Shown one piece after another: positions 48,298 through 58,282 of a stretch of DNA of 64,000 bases. The notes under the pieces were generated by a model. The model was not told the origin of the DNA. It was given only the letters and a program-made list of their open reading frames with translations, and did no database searches. The DNA is from Opitutia bacterium (GTDB lineage: Bacteria > Verrucomicrobiota > Verrucomicrobiia > Opitutales > Opitutaceae), in NCBI GenBank assembly GCA_947478395.1, contig CANJVR010000009.1:27232-91231 (forward strand), written 5' to 3'. The stretch's first letter is position 1, and each line of letters opens with the position of its first letter. Both the position numbers and the translations under genes were made by a program.

Positions 48298-48579
48298 CTT
48301 TAGCGGGTCGGTTTCCAGCAAGCGGAGTCTTCCAACTCCGATTAATTCCACGGTCAACAGCCCCGCTCACGGCCGACCCCAAAGCACGCGGCCAAACCGC
48401 CGCGCTCAGCGAACAGCTCAAGTCCAGCAGAGTTGCCGTGGCCGTCAGCAGCGCGAAACGCCGAGGGCTCCCGCCTTCCGCCCGCGCGCCGTGCGTCGTG
48501 GCGGAATACATTTCACTGTAGCGCGCCGCTCGGTCTCACGCGTTGACCGCCTCCCCGCCGTGCGCTCCGCTGGCGCACC

Positions 48580-49242
48580 ATGAAAGTCACTTACTATCTC
48601 GAAGTGTTGTCATCCTGGTGCACGTGGGCCGAGCCCACCTGGGCCGCATTAAAAACGCGCTATGCCCCCCGCGGCGTGACGTTCGAGTGGAAAATCGCGC
48701 TGATGAATCCCGGCGATTTCCCGGTATCAGCGGCGCAGTGCGACTGGTTTTATCAACGCGGCGGCGGCACCGTGATGCATTCGCCATTCAAGCTTAACTC
48801 GGGTTGGTTCGAGGCCGGACGCAAAGGAGTTTACCATGCGCCCAGTCTCGTCGCCGAAGCCGGCAAAGATTTCGGATTTACCGGCGACGAACTGCGGCTC
48901 GCGCTGGCTCACGCCGCCGTGCGCGAGGGCCGAAAAGTTGGCAACATGGCCGAGGCCATCGCCGTGGCGACCAAGGCCACCCGGCTTCCGCCCAAAAAAC
49001 TTCGCGCCGCCGCAGAATCCGCCGCCGTAAAAGCCCGGGTCGAAGCGAGCACCAAGGAATTTCACGCCCATCAAATATCACAGCGCCCAGCTTTCATCCT
49101 CAGCGATGCGATCGGCGATAAAGCGATATTCTCCGGACTCGTCCGCTTGGAACCTCTAGCCGCGACGATTGAAGCGATGCTGGGCGACACGGCGGCCTAT
49201 GCCGCTCACGCCGCCCATTTTGGGAAGCCGCCGGCCCGCTGA
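48580..49242 (+). CDS. DsbA/thioredoxin-fold protein
   Basis: MKVTYYLEVLSSWC (SxxC) and QRPAFIL cis-Pro region. Confidence 0.7.
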   Translation: MKVTYYLEVLSSWCTWAEPTWAALKTRYAPRGVTFEWKIALMNPGDFPVSAAQCDWFYQRGGGTVMHSPFKLNSGWFEAGRKGVYHAPSLVAEAGKDFGFTGDELRLALAHAAVREGRKVGNMAEAIAVATKATRLPPKKLRAAAESAAVKARVEASTKEFHAHQISQRPAFILSDAIGDKAIFSGLVRLEPLAATIEAMLGDTAAYAAHAAHFGKPPAR

Positions 49243-49281
49243 TGGGATTTTAAACGCCAGCGACGCCCCGCCGCTTTCTGA

Positions 49282-50256
49282 TCACTTCAACGCGTCCACC
49301 AGCACACGGGGCACGCGCAGCACGGTGCCGTGGCGAATGCCGACGGGCATGACCAGCTGGGCACTCAGATCTTCCCAAGTCATGAGATCCTTCGAGCGAA
49401 TCACGCCGTATTTTTTGTCCCGGTATTTGTCGAAGTAAACGTGCCACCAGCCGTCGATCTTGATCGCCGTCGGCCCCTCGACCCAAATTCCCGCGGGCGG
49501 GAGCGGCGCGCTGGGTGAGCTCCATGGGCCGTCAGGCGACGGCGCTTTCACGATGAAGAGATATTTCGCGGCCGCGGGAATCTCCGTCTCGTTTTTCACG
49601 AACATCGTCCAACCGGAGGCATCGTGCACCATCGTTTCGTCGATCACGTTAACCCCGGGTTCATAGTGAACGCGCGTCGGCGTGAACGTCTCGAAATCCT
49701 TCGTCGTCGTCGAATAGAGCCGGTGATTGCGCGGCGGCTTGGTCTTGTCCTTGCGCTCGGTTTCATCGGCCACGGGGAATTTTCCCGGCACCGTCGAGGA
49801 CCAATAAATCAAATAGTGCTGCTTCGCGTCGTCCCACACGATTTCCGGCGCCCAGCAATTTGCAGTCGTTGGCTCGTGCGCCATGACCGGAATCGCTTTC
49901 TGTTCCGACCAGTGCACGAGGTCCTTTGAACTCGCGTAGCCGATAGTCACGCCCGTCCAAGAGGTCGTCCACACGAGTCTGAAAACGCCGTCCGGCCCGC
50001 GCAGCAGACACGGGTCGCGCATGAGTTTGTTTTCACCGACGACCGGCGTGAGGAACGACGCACGATCGCGCAACGCGGTCCACTTGAGGCCATCTTCACT
50101 CACGGCGAGATGCAGACCGTCCTCACCGTTGCCCATGAAGTAGCTGAAAAGAAAAACATCGCCGGCCGGCTCGGCGGCGAAGGCCAGGCTACGGAGCAGA
50201 AACGCTATCAGCAATCCGGCGCTAAGGCCTTGGAAGAAAGAGCGGCGGGGAATCAT
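49282..50256 (-). CDS. Glycoside hydrolase family 43-like beta-propeller, possible Tat export
   Basis: RRSFF leader, LFSYF, MRDP, WAPE, VIDET, EGPT, RHGTV. Confidence 0.85.
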   Translation of the reverse strand: MIPRRSFFQGLSAGLLIAFLLRSLAFAAEPAGDVFLFSYFMGNGEDGLHLAVSEDGLKWTALRDRASFLTPVVGENKLMRDPCLLRGPDGVFRLVWTTSWTGVTIGYASSKDLVHWSEQKAIPVMAHEPTTANCWAPEIVWDDAKQHYLIYWSSTVPGKFPVADETERKDKTKPPRNHRLYSTTTKDFETFTPTRVHYEPGVNVIDETMVHDASGWTMFVKNETEIPAAAKYLFIVKAPSPDGPWSSPSAPLPPAGIWVEGPTAIKIDGWWHVYFDKYRDKKYGVIRSKDLMTWEDLSAQLVMPVGIRHGTVLRVPRVLVDALK

Positions 50257-50339
50257 GGGAAAATGGGGATGGGTGAATTCGGCGGCGCTTTCAGCAAAAT
50301 TATGCGCTCCGAAAGCGCATCTAAAAAGCGTCGCTCGAA

Positions 50340-50434
<95 letters not shown>

Positions 50435-50490
50435 TTAGACGCCTCCTATTTTCATTTCGCCTCCCACGGCGACGTCCGCACATTCACGGC

Positions 50491-51183
50491 ATGCGTACCC
50501 ACCTTTCACTTTTTTTGATCGCATCGATGCTGACCTCCGCAGGTTTCGGCGAGACTCCGACCAAGGCGATGACAATGCTCAACGGCAAAGATTTGTCCGG
50601 CTGGGAACTCGTTACGCCGGAAAATAAACCCATCGCCGAGGTTTGCCACGTGAAGCCCGACGGTGCCGTTGCGATCGACGGAAGTCCGGTCGGATTTCTC
50701 GCCACCAGCACGAGCTACGAAAATTACCGCTTGCACGTCGAGTGGCGCTGGACCGGAAAGCCCGACAACAGCGGAGTGCTCCTTCACATTTCCGAGGGCA
50801 AGATGGATCGGATGTGGCCGGTCTCGTTTCAGGTTCAAACCAAGTATAAGCGCGTCGGCGACATCCTGCCGATGGCGGGAGCGAAAGTCGCCGAACCAGT
50901 GGGTGGCACTCCCGCGGTCCCGACCCTCAGCCGCTTCAATGCCGACAACGAAAAGCCCGTCGGCGAATGGAACACAGCCGACATCGATTGCCGCGGCGAC
51001 ACCATCGAAGTCACCATCAACGGCCTCGCGCAAAATCGCATCACCAAGTGCGTCCCGGCCGCCGGGAAGATCGGGTTTCAGCTCGAGGGCGTTCCATTTG
51101 AAATCCGGAATGTCCGCCTCACTCCGTTGCCTCTTTCGATCGATCGCAGTTTTCAAGCGCCGGCACCCGCTGTCGCCCGATAA
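50491..51183 (+). CDS. DUF1080 (3-keto-disaccharide hydrolase-like) secreted protein
   Basis: LNGKDLSGW, NYRLHVEWRW, NSGV, GEWN, GKIGFQLEG..FEIRNV. Confidence 0.88.
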   Translation: MRTHLSLFLIASMLTSAGFGETPTKAMTMLNGKDLSGWELVTPENKPIAEVCHVKPDGAVAIDGSPVGFLATSTSYENYRLHVEWRWTGKPDNSGVLLHISEGKMDRMWPVSFQVQTKYKRVGDILPMAGAKVAEPVGGTPAVPTLSRFNADNEKPVGEWNTADIDCRGDTIEVTINGLAQNRITKCVPAAGKIGFQLEGVPFEIRNVRLTPLPLSIDRSFQAPAPAVAR

Positions 51184-51189
51184 TCGGCC

Positions 51190-51993
51190 ATGGTGATGCC
51201 TCCGTTCCCGTCCGATTCTCCGACGTTCTATGAGCGTCTCTCGACGCTTGAACGGGAGTCGGCGGCGTTCGTTGTCGTCTTCCTTGTCGAAGCTCTCGGC
51301 AGCACGCCCCAGGACGCCGGGGCGAAGATGCTCGTCACCCCGTCCGGCCTGCTCGCGGGCACAGTAGGCGGGGGCCGGGTCGAGGCGCAGGCCATCGCCC
51401 TCGCACAGGAACTTCTTGCCCACGGAGAGATTCACCCGCGCTTCGTCAATTGGAGCCTCAAGACCGACGTCGGCATGACCTGCGGCGGCTCCGTCAAACT
51501 CTACTTCGAACCCCATCCCGCCGTCGGTCCCTGGCCCATTGTCATCTTCGGCGCTGGCCATGTTGCGCAGGCGCTCGTGCCTGTGCTGGTGCCGTTGGCG
51601 TGCACGCTGACGGTCATCGACTCGCGCACCGATTGGCTGGAGCGGCTCCCGCACTCGCGAAACTTGAAAAAGATCACGAGCGAAACGCCCGCCGATCTGA
51701 TTCCCGGTCTCCCGGAAAGCGCTTTCGTTCTCTGCATGACCAAAGGCCACACGACCGACCGACCTGTCCTCCAGCGCGCGTTGGCGGAGAGAAATTTCCC
51801 TTTTGTCGGCGTGATCGGCAGCGATGCCAAAGCCGCGATCCTCCGCCGCGAACTCATCGCCAACGGCCTGCCGCCGGATCGCGCCGAAAAATTCGTCTGC
51901 CCCGTCGGCCTCCCCTTCGGCACCAACCACCCCCATGAAATCGCGCTGAGTATCGCCGCGCAGCTCGTTTCGGAGCGGGATCGGAACACTTGA
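51190..51993 (+). CDS. xdhC: Xanthine dehydrogenase accessory protein XdhC
   Basis: GSTPQDAGAKMLV, GTVGGG, GMTCGG, FGAGHVA, GVIGS, IALSIAAQL. Confidence 0.93.
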   Translation: MVMPPFPSDSPTFYERLSTLERESAAFVVVFLVEALGSTPQDAGAKMLVTPSGLLAGTVGGGRVEAQAIALAQELLAHGEIHPRFVNWSLKTDVGMTCGGSVKLYFEPHPAVGPWPIVIFGAGHVAQALVPVLVPLACTLTVIDSRTDWLERLPHSRNLKKITSETPADLIPGLPESAFVLCMTKGHTTDRPVLQRALAERNFPFVGVIGSDAKAAILRRELIANGLPPDRAEKFVCPVGLPFGTNHPHEIALSIAAQLVSERDRNT

Positions 51994-52008
51994 GAGTGAG
52001 TGCCCGTG

Positions 52009-52099
52009 GGTAGGGCGGGTTATCCCTAACCCGCCGCTGCGACTCGGGTCACAAAGAGAGCGATGCCGAACCGGCGCGTTAGGGATAACGCGCCCTACC
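52009..52099. repeat. Second copy of the REPIN/MITE-like element
   Basis: Same arms and a similar spacer as 50340..50430; lies between convergent xdhC and xdhAB. Confidence 0.9.
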
Positions 52100-52137
52100 T
52101 TTCAGACGCTGCGCGCCCAATCCCACGTCCCCTGCCC

Positions 52138-55100
52138 TCAGCCCCGCGCCTTCACCGCCGCGAAGATCGCCTCACCCGTCGCCGGCGAAGCCAGACTCAC
52201 TTCGCCGCCGGCTTTTCCGAAAGCACCCACCGCATCGCGAATCGCCTCGCGCACGGAAAACGCCAGCATCAGCGGCGGTTCGCCCACGGCCTTGCTCCCG
52301 TGAATCGTGTTCGGCTGCGCCGCATTCGCCAGCAGCGTCACATTGAACTCCATCGGCGCGTCGCCGATCGCGGGGATTTGATACGTGCTCGCGCTGTGCG
52401 TGAGCAGCCGGCCTTTCGCGTCCCACTTCAACTCCTCGCTCGTCAGCCAGCCCATGCCTTGCACGAAGCCGCCCTCAATCTGACCTCGATCGACGCCGGG
52501 GTTTAACGAATTACCGACGTCGTGGACGATGTCCACGCGTCGCACGCGATGCATGCCGGTGAAGCCATCCACCTCCACTTCAGCCACGGCCGCGCCGCAG
52601 GCGAAGTAGTGAAACGGCCGGCCGGCCGATTTGCTCCAGTCCCAGTGAATGCCCGGAGTCTTGTAATAGCCCGCCGCCGTCAGACTCACGCGCTCGGTGT
52701 AAGCGCGACCACAGACTTTATTGAAAGGGACTTTATTCTGCGTCCCACGTTGCACCGCGCAGCCTTGGACAAAGTCCACATTCCCCGGCGGCGTCTCCAG
52801 CATTTGGCCGGCGATGATCGCGAGCCGATCCCGCAACGTCGCACACGCGGCCGCCACCGCCATACCGTTAAGATCCGCGCCGCTCGACGCCGCCGTGGCC
52901 GACGTGTTGGGCACCTTGTCCGTGCTGGTCGGCATCATGCGGATGCTTTCTGCCGGCAAACCAAGCTCACGCATGACGACCCCGAGAATTTTCGTGTGCA
53001 AACCCTGCCCCATTTCCGTTCCGCCGTGGTTCACCTGCACGCTGCCGTCCGCATAAATCAAAACCAGCGCGCCGGCCTGGTTGTAATGCGTGAGCGTAAA
53101 CGAAATCCCGAATTTAACCGGCGTGATCGCTAGGCCTCGCTTCACGTTGCCATGCGCCCGATTCCACGCCGCGATTTCTTCGCGGCGCGACGCAAAAGCT
53201 GACTCGGTCAACGCCTGACGCCAAATCGCCTGAATGCGATTGTCGCCGATATCCTCGCCATAGTGCGTCTGGTTGGTCGCGCCCGTGCCGTGGTAAAGAT
53301 TGCGCTCGCGCACGATTTCCGGCGGCAAACCGAGCCGGCGCGCCACTCGGTCCATGATTTCCTCAATCACCATCATGCCTTGCGGACCGCCGAAACCGCG
53401 GAACGCCGTGTGCGACGTCACGTTGGTCTTTGCCACCCGTCCGGTAAAATGCACCGCGGGTAAATAATAGGCGTTGTCCAAATGAAAGAGCGCGCGGTCG
53501 AGAATCGGCTGCGACAGGTCAAGCGACCAGCCGCCGTCCGAAACGAGCTCCACGTGCGCGGCGCGCAGCCGCCCGTCGCGTTCGTAGCCCACCGAAAATT
53601 TAGCCTGAAACGGATGCCGCTTCCCCGTGAGCGACATGTCGAGGTCGCGGTCGAATTGCACTCGCACCGAGCGTCCGGTCTTCACCGCCGCGAGCGCGAC
53701 GTAGGCCGCGAGAGCGTTGCCCTGCGTTTCCTTCCCGCCGAAACCGCCGCCCATCCGCGGCGCCTGCACGACGACTTTGTGCCGCGCCACGTGCAACACC
53801 TCCGAAACGATCGCCTGAATCTCGGACGGATGTTGCGTCGATGAATTCACCAGCACCGTCCCGTCCTCGCCCGGTTCCGCCCACGCGGCCTGCGTCTCCA
53901 AATAAAAATGCTCCTGCCCGCCAAAAGAGAATTCGCCGTCCAGCCGCTCCGGCGCCGACCCGAGCGCAGCACCGCTATCCCCACGCTTCAGCGTATGCGG
54001 ATCCGTATGATAACTGCCCAACGCGACCGCCGCCTGAATTCCCACCACTGCGGCCAGCGGCTCGTAGTCGACCTCGACCAACGACGCGGCCGCCCGGCAC
54101 GCCTGGATCGACTCACCGACGACTAACGCCACGACCTGCCCGTGAAACCAAACTTCGTCCAACGCGAGCAGCGGCTCATCGTGCCGCACCGGGCCCGTGT
54201 TGTTTTCTCCGGGAATATCTTCCGCGAGTAACACCGCCACCACGCCTGGGGCGCGGCTGGCCTGGCTGGCGTCGCGGCGCAAAATTTTCGCCCGCGCATG
54301 CGGTGACATCACCGGCCACACCTCCAACATCGGCCGGCCTTGCGCAATATCGTCCACGTAACGCGCACCGCCCGTCACGTGGCCCACTGCACTTTCGTGT
54401 CGAAGCTGACGCGAGGCATCTTCGCCGGGCCACGGATGACTGTACGCAAACGTCGGCTCTGCGTCGTGGATGGTGCTGGTCTCGCCGGACGCAAACTTCT
54501 CCCAAAGTGACACCACCAGCCCGCGCCGATACACCGCCCCGCTGCGCACGTCGTCGATCGGCGTGAATTCCTCGCGCAGAATCGCCGCGACGGCGGCTCG
54601 CGCGTCCGCCACGGCTTTCCCTACTAGTGCAGTCTCGGCCGCCAGCGCCCGTTTGGTTCGTTCCGCCACACCACCGTACGCCAGTCGCGCAGCGCGCACC
54701 ACTCCGGTCGCATCGCAATCCACGCGAAACGCCGCCGCCACGATGCTGATATCCAGCTCCTGCCGGTGCGACACCTTGATAAAATCCACGCGGCGCACGA
54801 GGCCCGTGTTTGGTCCGCCCCGTGGCAGCAAAATTTCTCGAATCACCTCGTCCGCGCGCAGCAGCGTCTGCCGGTAACCCGTGAAAAAATCTGCCAGCGC
54901 CACCGTGCGTTCGCCTGTGGCCGTCGCCAGCACCAGCTGCGCATCGAGAGTCAGCAACACCGGCGCGCTGTCGCCGATCGGTGAGCCGGTCGCGAGGTTG
55001 CCGCCAAGTGTTGCGCGGTTCCGAATCTGCCGCGCGGCAAACACCCGCAGCATTTTCGCGAGCGAGGGATATTCGCCGCCAAGTTTTTCTTCGATCGCCG

Positions 55101-55944
55101 TGAGCGTGGCCCCCGCGCCGATCCGCCACAGCGCAGGCGTTTCGACGATGCCCGTGAGTTCAGGCACCGCCTCGGTTGAGATCAGCAGCGGAAATTTCTT
55201 AAACTTCTTGTTCAGCTCCACGCCAATCTCCGTGGCTCCGGCCACGAGCCGCGCTGCGGCATGCGCGTGCTTCAACGCGAAAAGTTCCGCCAGTGAGGTC
55301 GGCCGAAAAAACCGCTCCGTAATGGACGCGGGGTTCCCCCACTTCGCTTCTGATTCATAATCCAACGCCGCGAGCGCGCCCACCGGACGAAGCAACCGAC
55401 GCGCGAACTCGTCCTGCGCGTCGCCCTCGGGCGTGCGGTGCGCGATCGCGTCCATCGCCGCATCGCGAATCGGCCGGTAGCCCGTGCAGCGGCAGAGATT
55501 ACCGCACAACTGATCGTTGATCTGCGCCGGGGCCTTTACGCCGTCGCGATAGTACGCTTCGAACATCGAGACCACGAAACCCGGGGTGCAATAGCCACAC
55601 TGCGATCCGTAGTGTTTCACCATCGCCGCCTGCACCGGATGGAGGGTGGCGCCCTGTTTAAGGCCTTCGACGGTGATAACCTCACGGCCGGCAAACATCG
55701 GGAGCAGGGCAATACAGCTGTTGATCGCGCGATAAGTGGGCTGGCCGCTCGCATCGCGCTCCACCAGCGCAACCGTGCAGGCGCCGCAGTCGCCCTCCGC
55801 GCAACCTTGCTTGCTGCCCGTGCGCCCGCTCGAGCGCAACCAATCGAGCAGCGTCGTCGTGGCCGGCACGTCGGCAATGCGCACCGTCTCACCGTTCAGG
55901 ATGAAATCAAAACTCGATGCCGCAGTTTCCAAGGAGGCCACCAT
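52138..55944 (-). CDS. xdhB: Xanthine dehydrogenase, fused XdhA-XdhB (2Fe-2S, FAD, molybdopterin)
   Basis: GCAEGDCGAC, QCGYCTPG, NLCRCTGY, IRNRATLGGN, GGGFGGKET, AFRGFGGPQG, KAVGEPP. Confidence 0.95.
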   Translation of the reverse strand: MVASLETAASSFDFILNGETVRIADVPATTTLLDWLRSSGRTGSKQGCAEGDCGACTVALVERDASGQPTYRAINSCIALLPMFAGREVITVEGLKQGATLHPVQAAMVKHYGSQCGYCTPGFVVSMFEAYYRDGVKAPAQINDQLCGNLCRCTGYRPIRDAAMDAIAHRTPEGDAQDEFARRLLRPVGALAALDYESEAKWGNPASITERFFRPTSLAELFALKHAHAAARLVAGATEIGVELNKKFKKFPLLISTEAVPELTGIVETPALWRIGAGATLTAIEEKLGGEYPSLAKMLRVFAARQIRNRATLGGNLATGSPIGDSAPVLLTLDAQLVLATATGERTVALADFFTGYRQTLLRADEVIREILLPRGGPNTGLVRRVDFIKVSHRQELDISIVAAAFRVDCDATGVVRAARLAYGGVAERTKRALAAETALVGKAVADARAAVAAILREEFTPIDDVRSGAVYRRGLVVSLWEKFASGETSTIHDAEPTFAYSHPWPGEDASRQLRHESAVGHVTGGARYVDDIAQGRPMLEVWPVMSPHARAKILRRDASQASRAPGVVAVLLAEDIPGENNTGPVRHDEPLLALDEVWFHGQVVALVVGESIQACRAAASLVEVDYEPLAAVVGIQAAVALGSYHTDPHTLKRGDSGAALGSAPERLDGEFSFGGQEHFYLETQAAWAEPGEDGTVLVNSSTQHPSEIQAIVSEVLHVARHKVVVQAPRMGGGFGGKETQGNALAAYVALAAVKTGRSVRVQFDRDLDMSLTGKRHPFQAKFSVGYERDGRLRAAHVELVSDGGWSLDLSQPILDRALFHLDNAYYLPAVHFTGRVAKTNVTSHTAFRGFGGPQGMMVIEEIMDRVARRLGLPPEIVRERNLYHGTGATNQTHYGEDIGDNRIQAIWRQALTESAFASRREEIAAWNRAHGNVKRGLAITPVKFGISFTLTHYNQAGALVLIYADGSVQVNHGGTEMGQGLHTKILGVVMRELGLPAESIRMMPTSTDKVPNTSATAASSGADLNGMAVAAACATLRDRLAIIAGQMLETPPGNVDFVQGCAVQRGTQNKVPFNKVCGRAYTERVSLTAAGYYKTPGIHWDWSKSAGRPFHYFACGAAVAEVEVDGFTGMHRVRRVDIVHDVGNSLNPGVDRGQIEGGFVQGMGWLTSEELKWDAKGRLLTHSASTYQIPAIGDAPMEFNVTLLANAAQPNTIHGSKAVGEPPLMLAFSVREAIRDAVGAFGKAGGEVSLASPATGEAIFAAVKARG

Positions 55945-55987
55945 TGTCCGGAAGAAGCAGCAAACGCGCCGAACGCGCAAATCAGAA

Positions 55988-56084
55988 GGTAGGCCGTGCT
56001 ATCCTTCACGCGCCGCACCGCCGCGTCCGCATCTTCGCTTCACCTGAGCTACCCGGCGGATTAGGGATCCATGCGCCCCAGCCT
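55988..56084. repeat. Degenerate third copy of the REPIN-like element
   Basis: ggtaggccgtgctatccttcacgcgccg...cggcggattagggatccatgcgccccagcc. Confidence 0.6.
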
Positions 56085-56827
56085 CAGAGCGCAGCCCGGT
56101 TCACATCCTTGTAATAAAGATAACTCGCCGGAGCCTTGCCCATCGCGACGAACCACTGCGGGCAATACGGCGCCATCCAGATGGCATCACCCGCCGCGAC
56201 GGGATACCACGATTCCCCGAGTCGGTAGACGCCCTGACCCGCCAGCATCAAAAGCCCGTGCTCCATGATGTGGGTCTCAACAAACGGGAGCGTGGCGCCC
56301 GGTTGATAGGTGAAAATATTCACCGCGAGATCGTAGGCAGGATCGTCGGGCAACAGCACTTGCAGGCGTGCATCCGGGTCGCCGAGAAACGGCTGGCCCT
56401 CAACCTTGCCCGCCGCACCGACGATCGCCTTCGGCGCCGCCGCACCCGCCTGCGGCACGAATTTTTTCTGGAACAGCGTGACCCGCGTGCTGCGCTTCGG
56501 CGCCGCGATCGACCATGCCTGACCCGCCGGAGCGAAAAAATAACCGCCCGCGGCCACTGTGTGTTTCGCCCCACCAATCGTCAGCGTCGCTCCCCCGGTT
56601 TCAAAATAACCCACGGTTTCAATTTCACTCGCGGCCAATGCGGCCCGCCCACCCGCTTCAAACGTGACGAGCAGTTGGGAGAATTTCGCGCCCATGGCCG
56701 GGGAAATCAGAACGACGGTCACGGCGCCCGTGATGCCGGGCACGTTGCTTTTCACGTGGCCGTCGGGCGCGATGAGGGCGTGCGAGGCGGAGATGCGCGT
56801 GCGGGTCTGGCCGTAGGGAATGCTCAT
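56084..56827 (-). CDS. allE: (S)-ureidoglycine aminohydrolase (bicupin)
   Basis: PFVETHIMEHGL, WMAPYCPQWF, YLYYKDVNR. Confidence 0.93.
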   Translation of the reverse strand: MSIPYGQTRTRISASHALIAPDGHVKSNVPGITGAVTVVLISPAMGAKFSQLLVTFEAGGRAALAASEIETVGYFETGGATLTIGGAKHTVAAGGYFFAPAGQAWSIAAPKRSTRVTLFQKKFVPQAGAAAPKAIVGAAGKVEGQPFLGDPDARLQVLLPDDPAYDLAVNIFTYQPGATLPFVETHIMEHGLLMLAGQGVYRLGESWYPVAAGDAIWMAPYCPQWFVAMGKAPASYLYYKDVNRAAL

Positions 56828-56854
56828 GGTGAAAAAGAAAATTCCGAAATTCGA

Positions 56855-58270
56855 TTACGATCCGTGCGGACGGAGAAATTGGCCCCGCTGCGGAAAATTC
56901 GTCAACTGGCCGTCGGCCAGTATCGCGGTCCCGCGCACATAGGTGTGCGTGATTGCGATGCGGCTGCTTTGGCCAACGTAGGCGCTGATGCGGTGCCGCG
57001 TCCACAAATCGTCGGTCGCGATTTCGTGCGGCTTCTTATTGAGTTTCACGAGCGAGAAATCCGCGTCGCGCCCTTCGGCGATCAAACCCTTCTGGCCGTC
57101 GATCCGGAAACGCCGCGCCACATTTCGCGCCAGCACCGCGGCGAAAAGCGGCAGATCTTTTTCCAAAGTGCCGGCGGCTTCGTTAAGCAAAAGTTCGTAG
57201 CCGTGCTGGATGCCGGCGATGCCACCCCAGACCGCAAAAAGATTTGCGGAGTCCTTCATTTCGGGGCGCGACGGCGAATGATCGGACCCGATGGTCTGAA
57301 TGTGACCCGCCCTCAATTCCCGCCAGAGAGCCAGCCGGCGCTTTTCATCGCGCAGCGGCGGAGCGCATTTGGCCAGCGCACCGAGCCGGACCACGTCCTT
57401 GTCGTTGAGCAAAAGATAATGCGGGCAGGTTTCGGCCGTTACATCGACGCGTTGCAGCCGGGCTTCGGCGATGAGAGCCAGGCCTTCGGGACTGCTGACA
57501 TGCACGACATGGAGCGCGCAGCCCGTTTCTCCGGCAATTTCCAGCGCGACGCGAATCGCCTCGAGCTCCACTTCGACGGGGCGCGACGCGAGATAGGCCC
57601 GGGCATCCGTGCGGCCCTTCGCCTTCTGTTCCGCCGTGAACTTGGCGGCGAGCGCATCGTCCTCCGCATGCACCGCCACCAGCAGGTTGAGTTTCGCCGC
57701 GCGCTTCATGCCTTCGCGCAACACGGTCGCATCGACGCGGGGAAAACTGGCGATGCCGCTGTCGCACATGAACGCCTTCAGCCCGATCGCCCCGGCGTCG
57801 CGCAGGCCCGCGAGTTTGTCGAGATTGCCCGGCACGAGTCCGCCCCACAGCGCGAAGTCGACGCACGATTTCTCCTCCGCCAGCGCGCGCTTTTCTCGCA
57901 GATGCGCGGCGTCGAGCACCGGCGGCTCGGAGTTGAGCGGCATGTCAAAAAAACACGTGCCGCCGCCCGCCGCGAGCGCGGCGGAGCCGGTCGCGATGCC
58001 TTCCCAATCGGCGCGGCCAGGCTCGTTGAAGTGCACGTGGGCATCGATGATGCCGGGGAAAACATAGCTGCCCGTCGCGTCCAGCGTCTGATGCGCGGGA
58101 TCGTCCACCCTCGGCGCGAGACGGACGATTTTACCGCGCATCACGCCGAGGTCGGCGCGCACCACGCCTTCCGGCGTGACCACTTTGCCCCCACGCACCA
58201 CGAGATCGAGACGTTCAGGTTCGGCGATTTCCTTGCCAAAAACGGCGCGCGCGGTGGAGGTGCGTTTCAT
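56855..58270 (-). CDS. allB: Allantoinase
   Basis: PGIIDAHVHFNEPGR, DMPLNS, VHAE, ETCPHYL, KCAPPLR, SDHSP; purine-catabolism context. Confidence 0.93.
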   Translation of the reverse strand: MKRTSTARAVFGKEIAEPERLDLVVRGGKVVTPEGVVRADLGVMRGKIVRLAPRVDDPAHQTLDATGSYVFPGIIDAHVHFNEPGRADWEGIATGSAALAAGGGTCFFDMPLNSEPPVLDAAHLREKRALAEEKSCVDFALWGGLVPGNLDKLAGLRDAGAIGLKAFMCDSGIASFPRVDATVLREGMKRAAKLNLLVAVHAEDDALAAKFTAEQKAKGRTDARAYLASRPVEVELEAIRVALEIAGETGCALHVVHVSSPEGLALIAEARLQRVDVTAETCPHYLLLNDKDVVRLGALAKCAPPLRDEKRRLALWRELRAGHIQTIGSDHSPSRPEMKDSANLFAVWGGIAGIQHGYELLLNEAAGTLEKDLPLFAAVLARNVARRFRIDGQKGLIAEGRDADFSLVKLNKKPHEIATDDLWTRHRISAYVGQSSRIAITHTYVRGTAILADGQLTNFPQRGQFLRPHGS

Positions 58271-58282
58271 AATATTTTATTT

